From a bacterium (GTDB lineage Bacteria; Electryoneota; Electryoneia; Electryoneales; Electryoneaceae): a DNA stretch of 64,000 bases. A program made the position numbers and the translations under genes. The DNA lies in contig CAXXKJ010000002.1 of the NCBI GenBank assembly GCA_963675295.2, positions 4,160,001 to 4,224,000 of the forward strand, read 5' to 3'. The notes under the pieces were generated by a model, which was given only the letters and a program-made list of their open reading frames with translations, made no database searches and was not told the origin of the DNA. Of this stretch, positions 1-9,224 are shown piece after piece; positions within the stretch are counted from its first letter, which is position 1, and the number at the start of each line of letters is the position of its first letter.

Positions 1-124
1 ATGGATTCAAGCCATTATTATTTCAAGAGCTCTATGGCTCGATAGCAAATCACGAGCCGGACAGAAGAGATCCTGAATGTAGTGAAGGATCTGGATTCCA
101 TATGATTCGCGCGTGAATGTTACG

Positions 125-214
125 TCATTCTGAACGAAGTGAAAAAGATCAGGCTATATTGACCGTTATCAAGGCTGGAAATTCTTCATTCCACTTCGTT
201 CCATTCAGAATGAC
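125..214. repeat. REP-like imperfect inverted repeat (GTCATTCTGAACGAAGTGAA ... CACTTCGTTCCATTCAGAATGAC)
   Basis: GTCATTCTGAA at 125 is the reverse complement of TTCAGAATGAC ending ~214; a related copy at ~68-92; lies downstream of the ABC permease. Confidence 0.55.
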
Positions 215-286
215 ACCCTTGGACCTTACATCTATTACCGACTACCGACCACCGACCACCATTTACCGGCCACCTTCCTCCCCGCC

Positions 287-2659
287 TCACTCCGTCCGGA
301 TGACGGTAATCGGGTTGACGGACGACGCGCGCCACGCCAGCGCGCCGGTTACCAGCAGCACGGCGGCGACGGTCACCGCGACAGCCAGCGGCAGCATCCA
401 CCACGCCATCGGCGCGTGCAGCACGAACCGCGACGCCCACATCGGCTCCAGCTTCAGCGAGATCAGCCAGCTGACGACATTCGCGATCAGCACCAGCACC
501 AGGAATTCACGCAGCACGAGCACGAGGATATTCCCCTGGCTCGCACCGAGCACCTTGCGCACGCCGATTTCGAACTTGCGTTGTTCGGCGACAAACGCCG
601 CCAATCCGAGCAGACCAAGGCACGACACCAGCAGCGCCAAGATGCCGAACAGGGTCAGCATCCGCGCGTTGCGTTCCTCGGACTGGTACCACTGCCCGAC
701 ACGTTCGTCGAGGAAGCGGTATTCGTAGGGACGATCAGGGATGTGTGTCTTCCAGATCTCGCCCAGCCGTTCGAGGGTGGCGGGGATGTCGTCACTCTTG
801 ATCCGCACACTCATCTTCGCCCCGCGCGGCGGATAGTAGATCATGAACTGCGGTTCGACCGGTGAGTGCAGCGACTGGAAGTGGTAGTTCTCGACGACGC
901 CGAGCACCGGGAATTCGCGTCCGCTCTGCCCCTTGATCACCTTCCCGGACCAGTCGTCCCAGCCGAAACCATCAATCGCGGCTTCGTTGATCAGACAGCC
1001 GTACAGGTCACCCGGGCGTGCCGGGTCGAAGTTGCGTCCATGAATCAGGTTCAGGCCGTACGTTTCGACGTACTTATCGCAGATGATATTCTTGTGCACC
1101 GTGATCGGGTTGCCGTTCCAGCCGGTGGGGATGACGTTATCCTCCGCCGTGCTCACTCCCGGCACCACCTCGGACATCGCCGCCGCGATCACGCCGGGAT
1201 CCTGCATCACTTCGTCCCGCATCGCCATGAAGTCACCGCCAGTGATTTCGGCGGACACCGGCAGGATAACGACCTGGTCCACGTTGAACCCGAGCGGCTG
1301 TTTTTTCAGGTAGTCGACCTGGTGATAGACCACTCCGACGAGTAACAGCAGCAGGATCGACATCACAAATTGCAGCAGTACCAGCCCGCGCCGCAGGTTG
1401 CGCGCGCCGCCACCGGATTTTAGTTGGCCGGACAGCACCCGCACCGGCGGGAACGCCGCGATCACCAGCGACGGGTACAACCCCGCGATCAGGCCGGTGA
1501 GTGTTGTGAACCCGATCAGTGCGAACAGCGGCCAGTCGAAGCTGTGGAAGATGTTGATCAATGGGCGTTGGAACAGGGTGCGGATCATCGGAAGCGTCAG
1601 CTCGACCAGCAGCAACGCCAGCGGTAACGCAATCAACGCGATCAGCAGCGAATCGAGAATCGCCTGCCCGAACAGGCTGGAGCGTGTCGCGCCGACGATC
1701 TTGCGGATTCCGGTTTCCCGTGACCGCAGCATCGACCGTGCGGTAGACAGGTTGACGAAATTGATCAGCGCAAGCAGGATTGTGCCGATGCCAATCGCGA
1801 GGAACAGCCACACGTTGCTCATGCTCGACTTGTAGGCGGCAAAATCGGCGATGATGCCGGTCGAGCGCAGATGAAAATCGGCCATCGGCTGCAGGTAAGC
1901 CGAGATCCCGGCCTGTTCCGGCAGCAATTCCTGGATCAACGGGGTGACCCGATCGGTCAACGTCGCCGGATCGACGCCGGGCGTGAGCAGCACATAGGTC
2001 ACCGTCGCGGTGTACCAGTGATTGAGCCAGTCCCAGTGATCATCCCGACTGAAGATTTCGTAGGGGACGATCACATCGAGCGTCATGTGCCCGGTTTCCG
2101 GCATGTCGGCGAACACGCCGGCGACGGTCAGCACCCGTTCGCCCTCAAACGTCAACGCCTGCCCGAGCGCCGGTTCGTCCCCGAAGAACAGGTCTGCCAC
2201 ATGCCTGCTGATCACCATCTGGTCGGGTGACTGTAGCGCGGTCGCGGGATCGCCTTCGAGGAAATCGAAGGTGAGTACGTTCAGCAGGGACGGGTCCGCG
2301 GCGATCATCGCGTCGATCTGGTGGCGTTCATCCTCGCGGCTCACCACCCAGTTGAACATCGCCATCAGCCGGGCGGCGTCGACCACCTCCGGGAACTGTT
2401 CCTTCATCGCCGGGCCGAGGGTCGCGACGGCGTATGGCAGACTCTGTTCGTCACCGTTTCCGCCGGGCCGGGTGGTCACCACGCGATGAATCTGCGTGTA
2501 GTTCTCATGATGCCGGTCGAAGGTGAATTCTTCGTTCAGGTACAATCCGATGGCCGCCACCACGGCCAGCGCGAGGGTAAAGCCGAGCACCTGGATCAGT
2601 GTGAACGCCCACTGCCGCCGCAGACGGCGGAAGGCTTGACGCAGCGCGACCGCGAACAT
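287..2659 (-). CDS. ABC transporter permease, MacB/FtsX-like (two periplasmic + FtsX repeats)
   Basis: NFVNLSTARS..RSRETGIRKIVGA and EQRKFEIGVRKVLGAS motifs; start moved to ATG (MFAVALRQ) after GGGGAG. Confidence 0.9.
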   Translation of the reverse strand: MFAVALRQAFRRLRRQWAFTLIQVLGFTLALAVVAAIGLYLNEEFTFDRHHENYTQIHRVVTTRPGGNGDEQSLPYAVATLGPAMKEQFPEVVDAARLMAMFNWVVSREDERHQIDAMIAADPSLLNVLTFDFLEGDPATALQSPDQMVISRHVADLFFGDEPALGQALTFEGERVLTVAGVFADMPETGHMTLDVIVPYEIFSRDDHWDWLNHWYTATVTYVLLTPGVDPATLTDRVTPLIQELLPEQAGISAYLQPMADFHLRSTGIIADFAAYKSSMSNVWLFLAIGIGTILLALINFVNLSTARSMLRSRETGIRKIVGATRSSLFGQAILDSLLIALIALPLALLLVELTLPMIRTLFQRPLINIFHSFDWPLFALIGFTTLTGLIAGLYPSLVIAAFPPVRVLSGQLKSGGGARNLRRGLVLLQFVMSILLLLLVGVVYHQVDYLKKQPLGFNVDQVVILPVSAEITGGDFMAMRDEVMQDPGVIAAAMSEVVPGVSTAEDNVIPTGWNGNPITVHKNIICDKYVETYGLNLIHGRNFDPARPGDLYGCLINEAAIDGFGWDDWSGKVIKGQSGREFPVLGVVENYHFQSLHSPVEPQFMIYYPPRGAKMSVRIKSDDIPATLERLGEIWKTHIPDRPYEYRFLDERVGQWYQSEERNARMLTLFGILALLVSCLGLLGLAAFVAEQRKFEIGVRKVLGASQGNILVLVLREFLVLVLIANVVSWLISLKLEPMWASRFVLHAPMAWWMLPLAVAVTVAAVLLVTGALAWRASSVNPITVIRTE

Positions 2660-2798
2660 GAAATCTCCCCCAGAGATGCAGTGAGGTGGTTGATGGAATG
2701 ACCACCCTTGTCGTCGTGTCGCCCTTGAGACTTCGGGGTTTGGAGCCGCGTTACACAGGTCTCGCTCTGTCCGGTCAGACACCGGGAATCGTCGGTTC

Positions 2799-2829
2799 AT
2801 CCCTGCTGGCGGAGCCATCAGGGGCACAT
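2799..2829. repeat. 31-bp intergenic hairpin repeat, copy 1
   Basis: ATCCCTGCTGGCGGAGCCATCAGGGGCACAT; one mismatch to copy at 12359-12389. Confidence 0.75.
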
Positions 2830-2943
2830 ACTTGCCGTGGTAAACGAGAACCGTTGCTGACAGTCATTCCCGGCTTGGAATGCACACGCAGCCTGCCTAG
2901 CTTGTAACAGCCCTTCACCTGGATCCCATGGATTGGAACCTGA

Positions 2944-4152
2944 ATGGATATTCAAATCGATGAGATTTTCAGCCTGGGTCTCGCCATCCTGATGGGGATA
3001 CTGGCCGGGAAATTCGCCTATCGGTTCAAGGTTCCGCGTGTCACCGGCTATCTCCTGATGGGCCTGTTGATCGGGCCTCATTTCACCAATCTCATTCCCG
3101 AGCATGTTGTCCACAACCTGGATGTGATCAACGACATCGCCCTCGGACTGATCCTGTTTGCCATCGGCAACGAATTCGAGTGGTCGCATCTCAACCGGAT
3201 CGGCATCGCCAAATTGTTGCAGCTGGCGTTGTTTGAAACGCTGGGTGTGCTGGTCTTTGTCAGTGGCGGCTTCATGCTGCTCGGCTATGATCCGGTGATC
3301 AGCCTGCTGGTCGGATCAATCGCCATTGCGACTGCACCCGCCGCGACGCTGCTGGTGGTCCGTGAATTTCACTCGCAGGGGCCATTAACCGACCGTCTGC
3401 TCGCGCTGGTCGCGGTGAACAACATCCTCGCGATGGGCCTGTTCCGCATCATCTACAGCTTCGTGCATCTCGGCAACGGCGCGGACTTGACCGCAACCAT
3501 CCTGCAACCGGTGTATGAAATCGTCGTCTCAATTGTCCTCGGCATCATCTTGGGCAAGATTCTCGGATTCTGGGAACGTCACCTGGATGAACTTCCGGAA
3601 CTGTTGCTGGTGATCATCGGGGTGGTGCTGGTCGGCACCGGCCTCGCGCGGATGCTGCAGCTCCCGCCGATGATGGTCGCAATGGCGGCCGGGGCGACCA
3701 TCGCCAATTCGTCCTACGTTCACCGTTTGATCTACGTCGAGCAACGCCAGCTCGAGCAGCCGATCTACATCGCGTTCTTCGTGTTGGCGGGGTTGTCGTT
3801 GCACGTGGAAATGCTCTTGCAAATGGGCTTTGCGGGGATCGTCTACCTCTTGGCCCGCACCGCCGGAAAGATCGGCGGTATCTGGTTGGCGGGACGTGTC
3901 ACCTCGCAGCCAGTTGAGGTATCCAAATTCCTCGGGATGACGTTGTTGTGCCAGGCAGGGGTCGCCATCGGGTTATCGTATGAAATCATCGCGGACTACC
4001 CGGAGATCGGCCAGATGATTACGACGATTGTGCTGGCGACGGTCATCCTCAACGAAACCGTCGGGCCGTATCTCGTCAAGCTTGGCTTGAGTATGGCCAA
4101 TGAGGTACCGGAGGACATCAGCGCACAACCGGCAGAAGTTCGCTCGTCATGA
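2944..4152 (+). CDS. Cation:proton antiporter (CPA2/Kef-type Na_H_Exchanger)
   Basis: Polytopic; PRVTGYLLMGLLIGP, ATAPAATL, FFVLAG, QAGVAIGL motifs. Confidence 0.88.
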   Translation: MDIQIDEIFSLGLAILMGILAGKFAYRFKVPRVTGYLLMGLLIGPHFTNLIPEHVVHNLDVINDIALGLILFAIGNEFEWSHLNRIGIAKLLQLALFETLGVLVFVSGGFMLLGYDPVISLLVGSIAIATAPAATLLVVREFHSQGPLTDRLLALVAVNNILAMGLFRIIYSFVHLGNGADLTATILQPVYEIVVSIVLGIILGKILGFWERHLDELPELLLVIIGVVLVGTGLARMLQLPPMMVAMAAGATIANSSYVHRLIYVEQRQLEQPIYIAFFVLAGLSLHVEMLLQMGFAGIVYLLARTAGKIGGIWLAGRVTSQPVEVSKFLGMTLLCQAGVAIGLSYEIIADYPEIGQMITTIVLATVILNETVGPYLVKLGLSMANEVPEDISAQPAEVRSS

Positions 4153-4175
4153 ACGAAGGTTAACCGGAGACTGGT

Positions 4176-4751
4176 GTGGCACCATCCACCCCGAATCCAC
4201 TGTTGATGGGAATCGCCATCGGTGTCGCTGTCCTGCTGATGGTGGTGATGACATTGCTGTCGCGAGCGCGACGGAACCGCTCGAGCTTCAGCTACCTCAC
4301 GGCTGCAATGCTCGGCGGGATTGACATTCTGACGTTGCGCAGTCGCACGCGGGACGATGCCATCGCCGAACTCGCCAGCCACGCCGCCGGAGTGTTGCGT
4401 TGGCCGGACGAAGATACCATACGGCGACGGCTGCGGAAACGGGAAGACGAAATGTCGACGGGTCTGGTCCACGGGATCGCGGTTCCACATGCCCGGTTCG
4501 TCAAGCTGGGACGGTCGCTGGTGATGTTCGCGCGGTCGGTGCACGGCATTGACTGGGACTGCATGGATGGTCAACCAGCGCACACCTTCTTCCTGCTGCT
4601 GACGCCGGAGGAAGATGAAAAAGCGCAGTTGAAGATGCTCGCCGAGCTGAGTTACTGCGCCGAAGATAAAGACTGCCGCGCGGTATTCGAGTCCGCCACC
4701 GAGTGCAAGGAAGTGATCGCCGCGATCCTCAAGGTGGTGAAATCCAGGTAA
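4176..4751 (+). CDS. PTS EIIA (Fru/Ntr-type) domain protein with N-terminal TM helix
   Basis: REDEMSTGLVHGIAVPHAR phospho-His motif; GIDWDCMDGQP..FFLLL. Confidence 0.85.
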   Translation: MAPSTPNPLLMGIAIGVAVLLMVVMTLLSRARRNRSSFSYLTAAMLGGIDILTLRSRTRDDAIAELASHAAGVLRWPDEDTIRRRLRKREDEMSTGLVHGIAVPHARFVKLGRSLVMFARSVHGIDWDCMDGQPAHTFFLLLTPEEDEKAQLKMLAELSYCAEDKDCRAVFESATECKEVIAAILKVVKSR

Positions 4752-4869
4752 CCGGCTGCTCTGCCTCCGTCCCGCCTCGTAGAATCTGAACCCTCCGCTC
4801 TCCGGTTTGTGCCAACCCCATGAAACTTGTCTACTTTCCCCCATTCACAACACAATCTGGGGTCTACCG

Positions 4870-5835
4870 ATGGTGCTCACCCGTCATCCCGACAATCCGA
4901 TCATCACCCGTGAATCGATAACCTCCACCCTGCCTGAGCTGGACGATGTCAGCTCGGTGTTCAACCCCGGCGCGGTGCTGGTCGACGGCAAGGTGCACCT
5001 GCTGCTGCGGGTGCAGAACCGTGGTCGCGAAACGTACCTGCTGCACGCGGTCAGTGATGATGGCGTCCAGTTCGACATTGACCCGGAACCGGTGGTGTTC
5101 AAAGGCATCGAGGAGATTGCCTCACCGGTGTATCACATCTACGACCCACGCATCACCGAATTGGACGGCCGCTACTACATCATGCTCGCGCTGGACATCC
5201 ACAACGGCTGCCGGCTCGGGCTGGCAGTGACCGATGATTTCCGTGAGTACGAATTCCTCGGCATCAAATCGCACATCGACAACCGGAACGGTGTCCTTTT
5301 CCCGGAACGGATCAACGGGCAGGTGTTCCGGCTTGACCGTCCCAACCACCCGACGGCGGACGGTCCCGCCTCCGGCGAGATGATCTGGCTGGTCTCCAGC
5401 CGTGACTTTACCCGCTGGATTCCGCACAGCCCGGTGCTGCAGGGACGTCCTCACTACTGGGACGAGCGTATCGGCTCGGGCCCGCCGCCGGTGAAGACCC
5501 GTGACGGCTGGCTGTTGATTTATCACGGCGTCGCGACCCATTTCTCCAGGTCGAACATTTATCAGGCCGGCGTGGCGTTGCTGGATCTGGAGGATCCGTG
5601 CAAACTGATCGGACGCACCCGCTACAATATCCTTGAACCGCGTGAGATGTACGAGCTGATCGGCCAGGTGCCGAATGTCGTTTTCCCCAGCGGGATGGTG
5701 GTCTGGGACACGGATGATGACGGGTACGCCCTGCCGGACAGCCGGGTGTCGATCTACTACGGCGCGGCGGACACGGTGGTGGGCCTCGCCGAAACGACGA
5801 TTGGCGAGCTGGTAAACGCCTGCAATGAAGCATAG
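4870..5835 (+). CDS. GH130 beta-mannoside phosphorylase (likely GH130_2, Man-beta-1,4-GlcNAc type)
   Basis: VFNPGAV, YDPRIT, NRNGVLFPERING, PPVKT..GWLLIYHGV, VPNVVFPSG, YYGAADT; no signal peptide. Confidence 0.88.
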   Translation: MVLTRHPDNPIITRESITSTLPELDDVSSVFNPGAVLVDGKVHLLLRVQNRGRETYLLHAVSDDGVQFDIDPEPVVFKGIEEIASPVYHIYDPRITELDGRYYIMLALDIHNGCRLGLAVTDDFREYEFLGIKSHIDNRNGVLFPERINGQVFRLDRPNHPTADGPASGEMIWLVSSRDFTRWIPHSPVLQGRPHYWDERIGSGPPPVKTRDGWLLIYHGVATHFSRSNIYQAGVALLDLEDPCKLIGRTRYNILEPREMYELIGQVPNVVFPSGMVVWDTDDDGYALPDSRVSIYYGAADTVVGLAETTIGELVNACNEA

Positions 5836-5932
5836 CCCGGATCGGGTTGCTACCCTCTGCCCCGTAGCTTGCCCGTTTTGGCTCTGACAACGCGGCCTGA
5901 TGGATACGGACACCTTTGGAGAGGTTACTGAA

Positions 5933-7165
5933 ATGAAGCGAGATCTCACGGTTTCATGTACCCTGCTTCTGTTCTCCCTTCTCTTCGTGTGCAACGCATC
6001 CGCCGAGTTTCCCGTCCCGCAAATCCCGTTCGAATTCCGCACTGCAACCGCCCCATCCGTGATCGATTCGCTCACCATTGACGGCCGTGGCGACGAACAG
6101 ACATGGCAGACCATCGCCTGGTCTGAGCCGTTTGTTGATATCCGTGGCTTCGACTACCAGCCCGCCCCGCGCTATGAGACCCGGATCAAGATGGCGTGCG
6201 ATGAGGACTACTTCTACGTGCTGGCGTGGCTGGAAGAACCGCATCTCTGGGCGACCTACGACCGGCACGACATGGTCATCTTCCACGAGAACGATTTCGA
6301 GGTGTTCATCGACCCGGACGGCGACCTGCACAATTACCTCGAACTCGAGATCAACGCGCTGGGGACAACGTGGGACCTGATGCTCACTCGTCCGTACCGT
6401 GACGCCGGCAAGGCTATCGACTCGTGGGAGATTCCCGGCCTGAAGTCCGCGATCCATCTCGACGGCACGTTGAACGATCCCACCGACACCGACACGGGCT
6501 GGGGCGTGGAGCTGGCGATTCCGTGGGAGGTAATCACCGAAGTCGACACCCGGGAACGGGGTCCTCACCAGACACATTCTCCGACCATGCACGTCAACTT
6601 CAGCCGCGTGCAGTGGCAGCTCGACATCGTAGACGGACAGTATGTCAAACGCTCCAATCCAGATACCGGCGAACCGTTACCCGAAGACAACTGGGTGTGG
6701 TCGGCGCAGGGCCTGATCGCGATGCATTACCCGGAACGGTGGGGTCTGGTCACCATGCGTGGCGGGCATCGCCGGGCCAGCCCACCGGATATGGGTGAGC
6801 AGGCTGTTACCAGCATCGAAGATCCGCTCGCCGATCCGAGGTTACAGGGGAAGACACCAGGCGTGCAGACTGATCCCCTGCGCGAGATGGCGATGCTTTG
6901 CTACTACGCGCAGAAGCGGTATTACGAAGCGAACCAGCGAGTTTACGCGAGTAAGATCGTGTCGCTGGACCTGCCGGACGAATCGCCATATCCAACCATC
7001 GAATGGCCGCCGGATCTGGTCTGGATGCGTGGCGGGTACCAGATGATTGTGTACGATGCAGAGCGCCGCAGCGGCCTGCGGATCCGTGAGGATGGCCGTC
7101 TTGAGATGATGCCGTATCATTCGACCGACTACCTGAAACCATCCCAGGGAGCGCCAACACGATGA
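5933..7165 (+). CDS. Secreted carbohydrate-binding family 9-like protein
   Basis: Signal peptide; IDG..DE..W, ENDFEVFIDPDGD...YLELEINALGT.WDL, NFSRVQW, NWVWS.QG.IAMH.PERWG. Confidence 0.8.
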   Translation: MKRDLTVSCTLLLFSLLFVCNASAEFPVPQIPFEFRTATAPSVIDSLTIDGRGDEQTWQTIAWSEPFVDIRGFDYQPAPRYETRIKMACDEDYFYVLAWLEEPHLWATYDRHDMVIFHENDFEVFIDPDGDLHNYLELEINALGTTWDLMLTRPYRDAGKAIDSWEIPGLKSAIHLDGTLNDPTDTDTGWGVELAIPWEVITEVDTRERGPHQTHSPTMHVNFSRVQWQLDIVDGQYVKRSNPDTGEPLPEDNWVWSAQGLIAMHYPERWGLVTMRGGHRRASPPDMGEQAVTSIEDPLADPRLQGKTPGVQTDPLREMAMLCYYAQKRYYEANQRVYASKIVSLDLPDESPYPTIEWPPDLVWMRGGYQMIVYDAERRSGLRIREDGRLEMMPYHSTDYLKPSQGAPTR

Positions 7166-7190
7166 CCGCGACGAGCAACGGCGGCGGACG

Positions 7191-9224
7191 ATGAACCTTT
7201 CCCCTCTCGACTGGACAATTTTCGCGGGGATGCTGCTGTTCCTGATCCTCAGCATTGTCGCCAGCCGCACGTTGATGAAATCGGTCGCGGATTTTCTCGC
7301 GGCCGGACGTTCGGCGGGACGCTACCTGCTGGCGGTATCGTCCGGGATCGCGATGCTCGGCGCGATCACCATCGTCGGCAACCTCGAGATGAACCTGCTC
7401 GCCGGGTTTTCGATGACCTGGTGGGGAATGACGACGAATGTCGTGCTGCTGATCATGATGGTGTTCGGCTGGGTGACCTACCGCTTCCGTCAGACTCGCG
7501 CGCTGACCATCGCCCACTTCTTCGAACTGAGATACAGCCGTGCGTTTCGTGTCTACGCCGGCATCCTTGCGGCGGTCAGTGGACTGATCAACTTCGGCAT
7601 CTTCCCGTCGGTCGGGACACGGTTTTTCATGTACTTTTGCGGTCTGCCGGACGCTTTCCCGTTGTTCGGCCTGATGATTCCAACCTTCCCGGTGATCATG
7701 GCCGGATTGCTGTCGATCTCGTTGTACTTCGTCTTCGCCGGCGGCCAGATCGCGGTGATCATCACCGATTTCCTGCAGGGTGTGTTCATCAATGTCGTCT
7801 TTGTCGCGATGATCCTCTACCTGCTGGCGATTGTCGACTGGGGCTCGATCCAGCAGGCGTTGCAGGGCGCGCCGGAAAATGCGTCTCTGATCAACCCGTT
7901 CAAGACCGGTCACATCGAGGATTTCAACTTCTGGTATTTCCTGATCGGCATCTTCGGAGTGTTCTATGGGGCGATGAGCTGGCAGGGCACGCAGGGCTAC
8001 AACGCGTCCGCCCGGAACGCTCATGAAGCCAAGATGGCGGGCATGCTCAGCGCGTGGCGTGGCCTGCCGCAAACGTTGATGCTGATGATTGTCCCGATCA
8101 TCGCGTACACGGTGCTTCATCATGCCGATTACGCCGGGATCGCGGAGAGTGTCAACGCGGTCATCGGCGGCATCGAGGGCGACGCAATCCAGAGCCAGTT
8201 GAAGGTGCCGCTGGTGCTGAGCCACCTGCTGCCGGTGGGCCTGATGGGGGCGTTCGCGGCGGTGATGCTGGCGGCATTCATCAGCACGCACGACTCCTAC
8301 CTGCATTCGTGGGGCAGCATCATCGTGCAGGATGTAATCATGCCGTTCCGGAAAGAACCGTTCACACCGGAACAACACATCAAGGTCTTGCGCTGGACGA
8401 TCATCGGTGTCGCGGTATTTATCTTCTTCTTCAGCCTGTTGTTCAAGCAGAGCCAGTACATCTTCCTCTTCTTCGCGATCACCGGCGCGATCTTCGCCGG
8501 TGGGTCCGGTGCGGTGATCATCGGCGGGTTGTACTGGAGTCGCGGCACTACGGCGGCGGCGTGGGCGGCGATGACCATCGGGTCCGGTATCGCGGTCGCC
8601 GGAATCATCATCCATCAGCTGGTGGACGATTTCCCGATCAACGGGCAGATGTTCTGGGCAATCAGCATGGGGGCGGCGTCGGTGCTGTACGTGGTCGTCT
8701 CGCTGCTGACCAGCCGTGGCCGGAAACACAACATGGACAAGCTGCTGCACCGTGGCGAGTACGATGAGAAGGGTGAACTGCAGCATGTCGACATCGGCCA
8801 GAAAAAAATCTGGAAGTTGCTCGGCATGACCGAGGAATTCACCACCGGCGACAAGCTCATCTTCGTCATGAACTACGCGTGGACCTTCCTCTGGTTCGGC
8901 GCGTTCGTGGTCGGCACGGTCTACAACCTGTCGCACGACGTCAGCGACGAATCGTGGATGACGTTCTGGAAAATCTACGTGTACGTGCAGCTGGCGATGG
9001 CGTTGGTCGCGATGGTGTGGTTCACCATCGGCGGCGCGTTTGATCTGAAAAAGATGGTCCACGCGTTGCGCACGATGGTCCGGGACGATTCCGACAGCGG
9101 GTTTGTCGCGCGTGAGCTGGATGTTGCCGCCACCGAACTACCGCCGATCGCGAAACCTTCCCCGGTGAGCCCTACGCGCCCGCTGGCCGAACCTCCAAGT
9201 GATGAGACGAACGATGCCCGATAA
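7191..9224 (+). CDS. Sodium:solute symporter (SSS family)
   Basis: SVADFLAAGRSAG, FRQTRALTIAHFFELRYS, many TM helices. Confidence 0.9.
   Translation: MNLSPLDWTIFAGMLLFLILSIVASRTLMKSVADFLAAGRSAGRYLLAVSSGIAMLGAITIVGNLEMNLLAGFSMTWWGMTTNVVLLIMMVFGWVTYRFRQTRALTIAHFFELRYSRAFRVYAGILAAVSGLINFGIFPSVGTRFFMYFCGLPDAFPLFGLMIPTFPVIMAGLLSISLYFVFAGGQIAVIITDFLQGVFINVVFVAMILYLLAIVDWGSIQQALQGAPENASLINPFKTGHIEDFNFWYFLIGIFGVFYGAMSWQGTQGYNASARNAHEAKMAGMLSAWRGLPQTLMLMIVPIIAYTVLHHADYAGIAESVNAVIGGIEGDAIQSQLKVPLVLSHLLPVGLMGAFAAVMLAAFISTHDSYLHSWGSIIVQDVIMPFRKEPFTPEQHIKVLRWTIIGVAVFIFFFSLLFKQSQYIFLFFAITGAIFAGGSGAVIIGGLYWSRGTTAAAWAAMTIGSGIAVAGIIIHQLVDDFPINGQMFWAISMGAASVLYVVVSLLTSRGRKHNMDKLLHRGEYDEKGELQHVDIGQKKIWKLLGMTEEFTTGDKLIFVMNYAWTFLWFGAFVVGTVYNLSHDVSDESWMTFWKIYVYVQLAMALVAMVWFTIGGAFDLKKMVHALRTMVRDDSDSGFVARELDVAATELPPIAKPSPVSPTRPLAEPPSDETNDAR

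Noticed and set aside
237-260. Heptamer tandem ACCGAC(T/C) repeats
   Set aside because: Only about three copies in an intergenic region; no supportable function
6807-9062. Long antisense/alternate-frame ORFs (e.g. 751 aa here, 462 aa at 22181-23569)
   Set aside because: Shadow ORFs of GC-rich genes with clear families on the opposite strand
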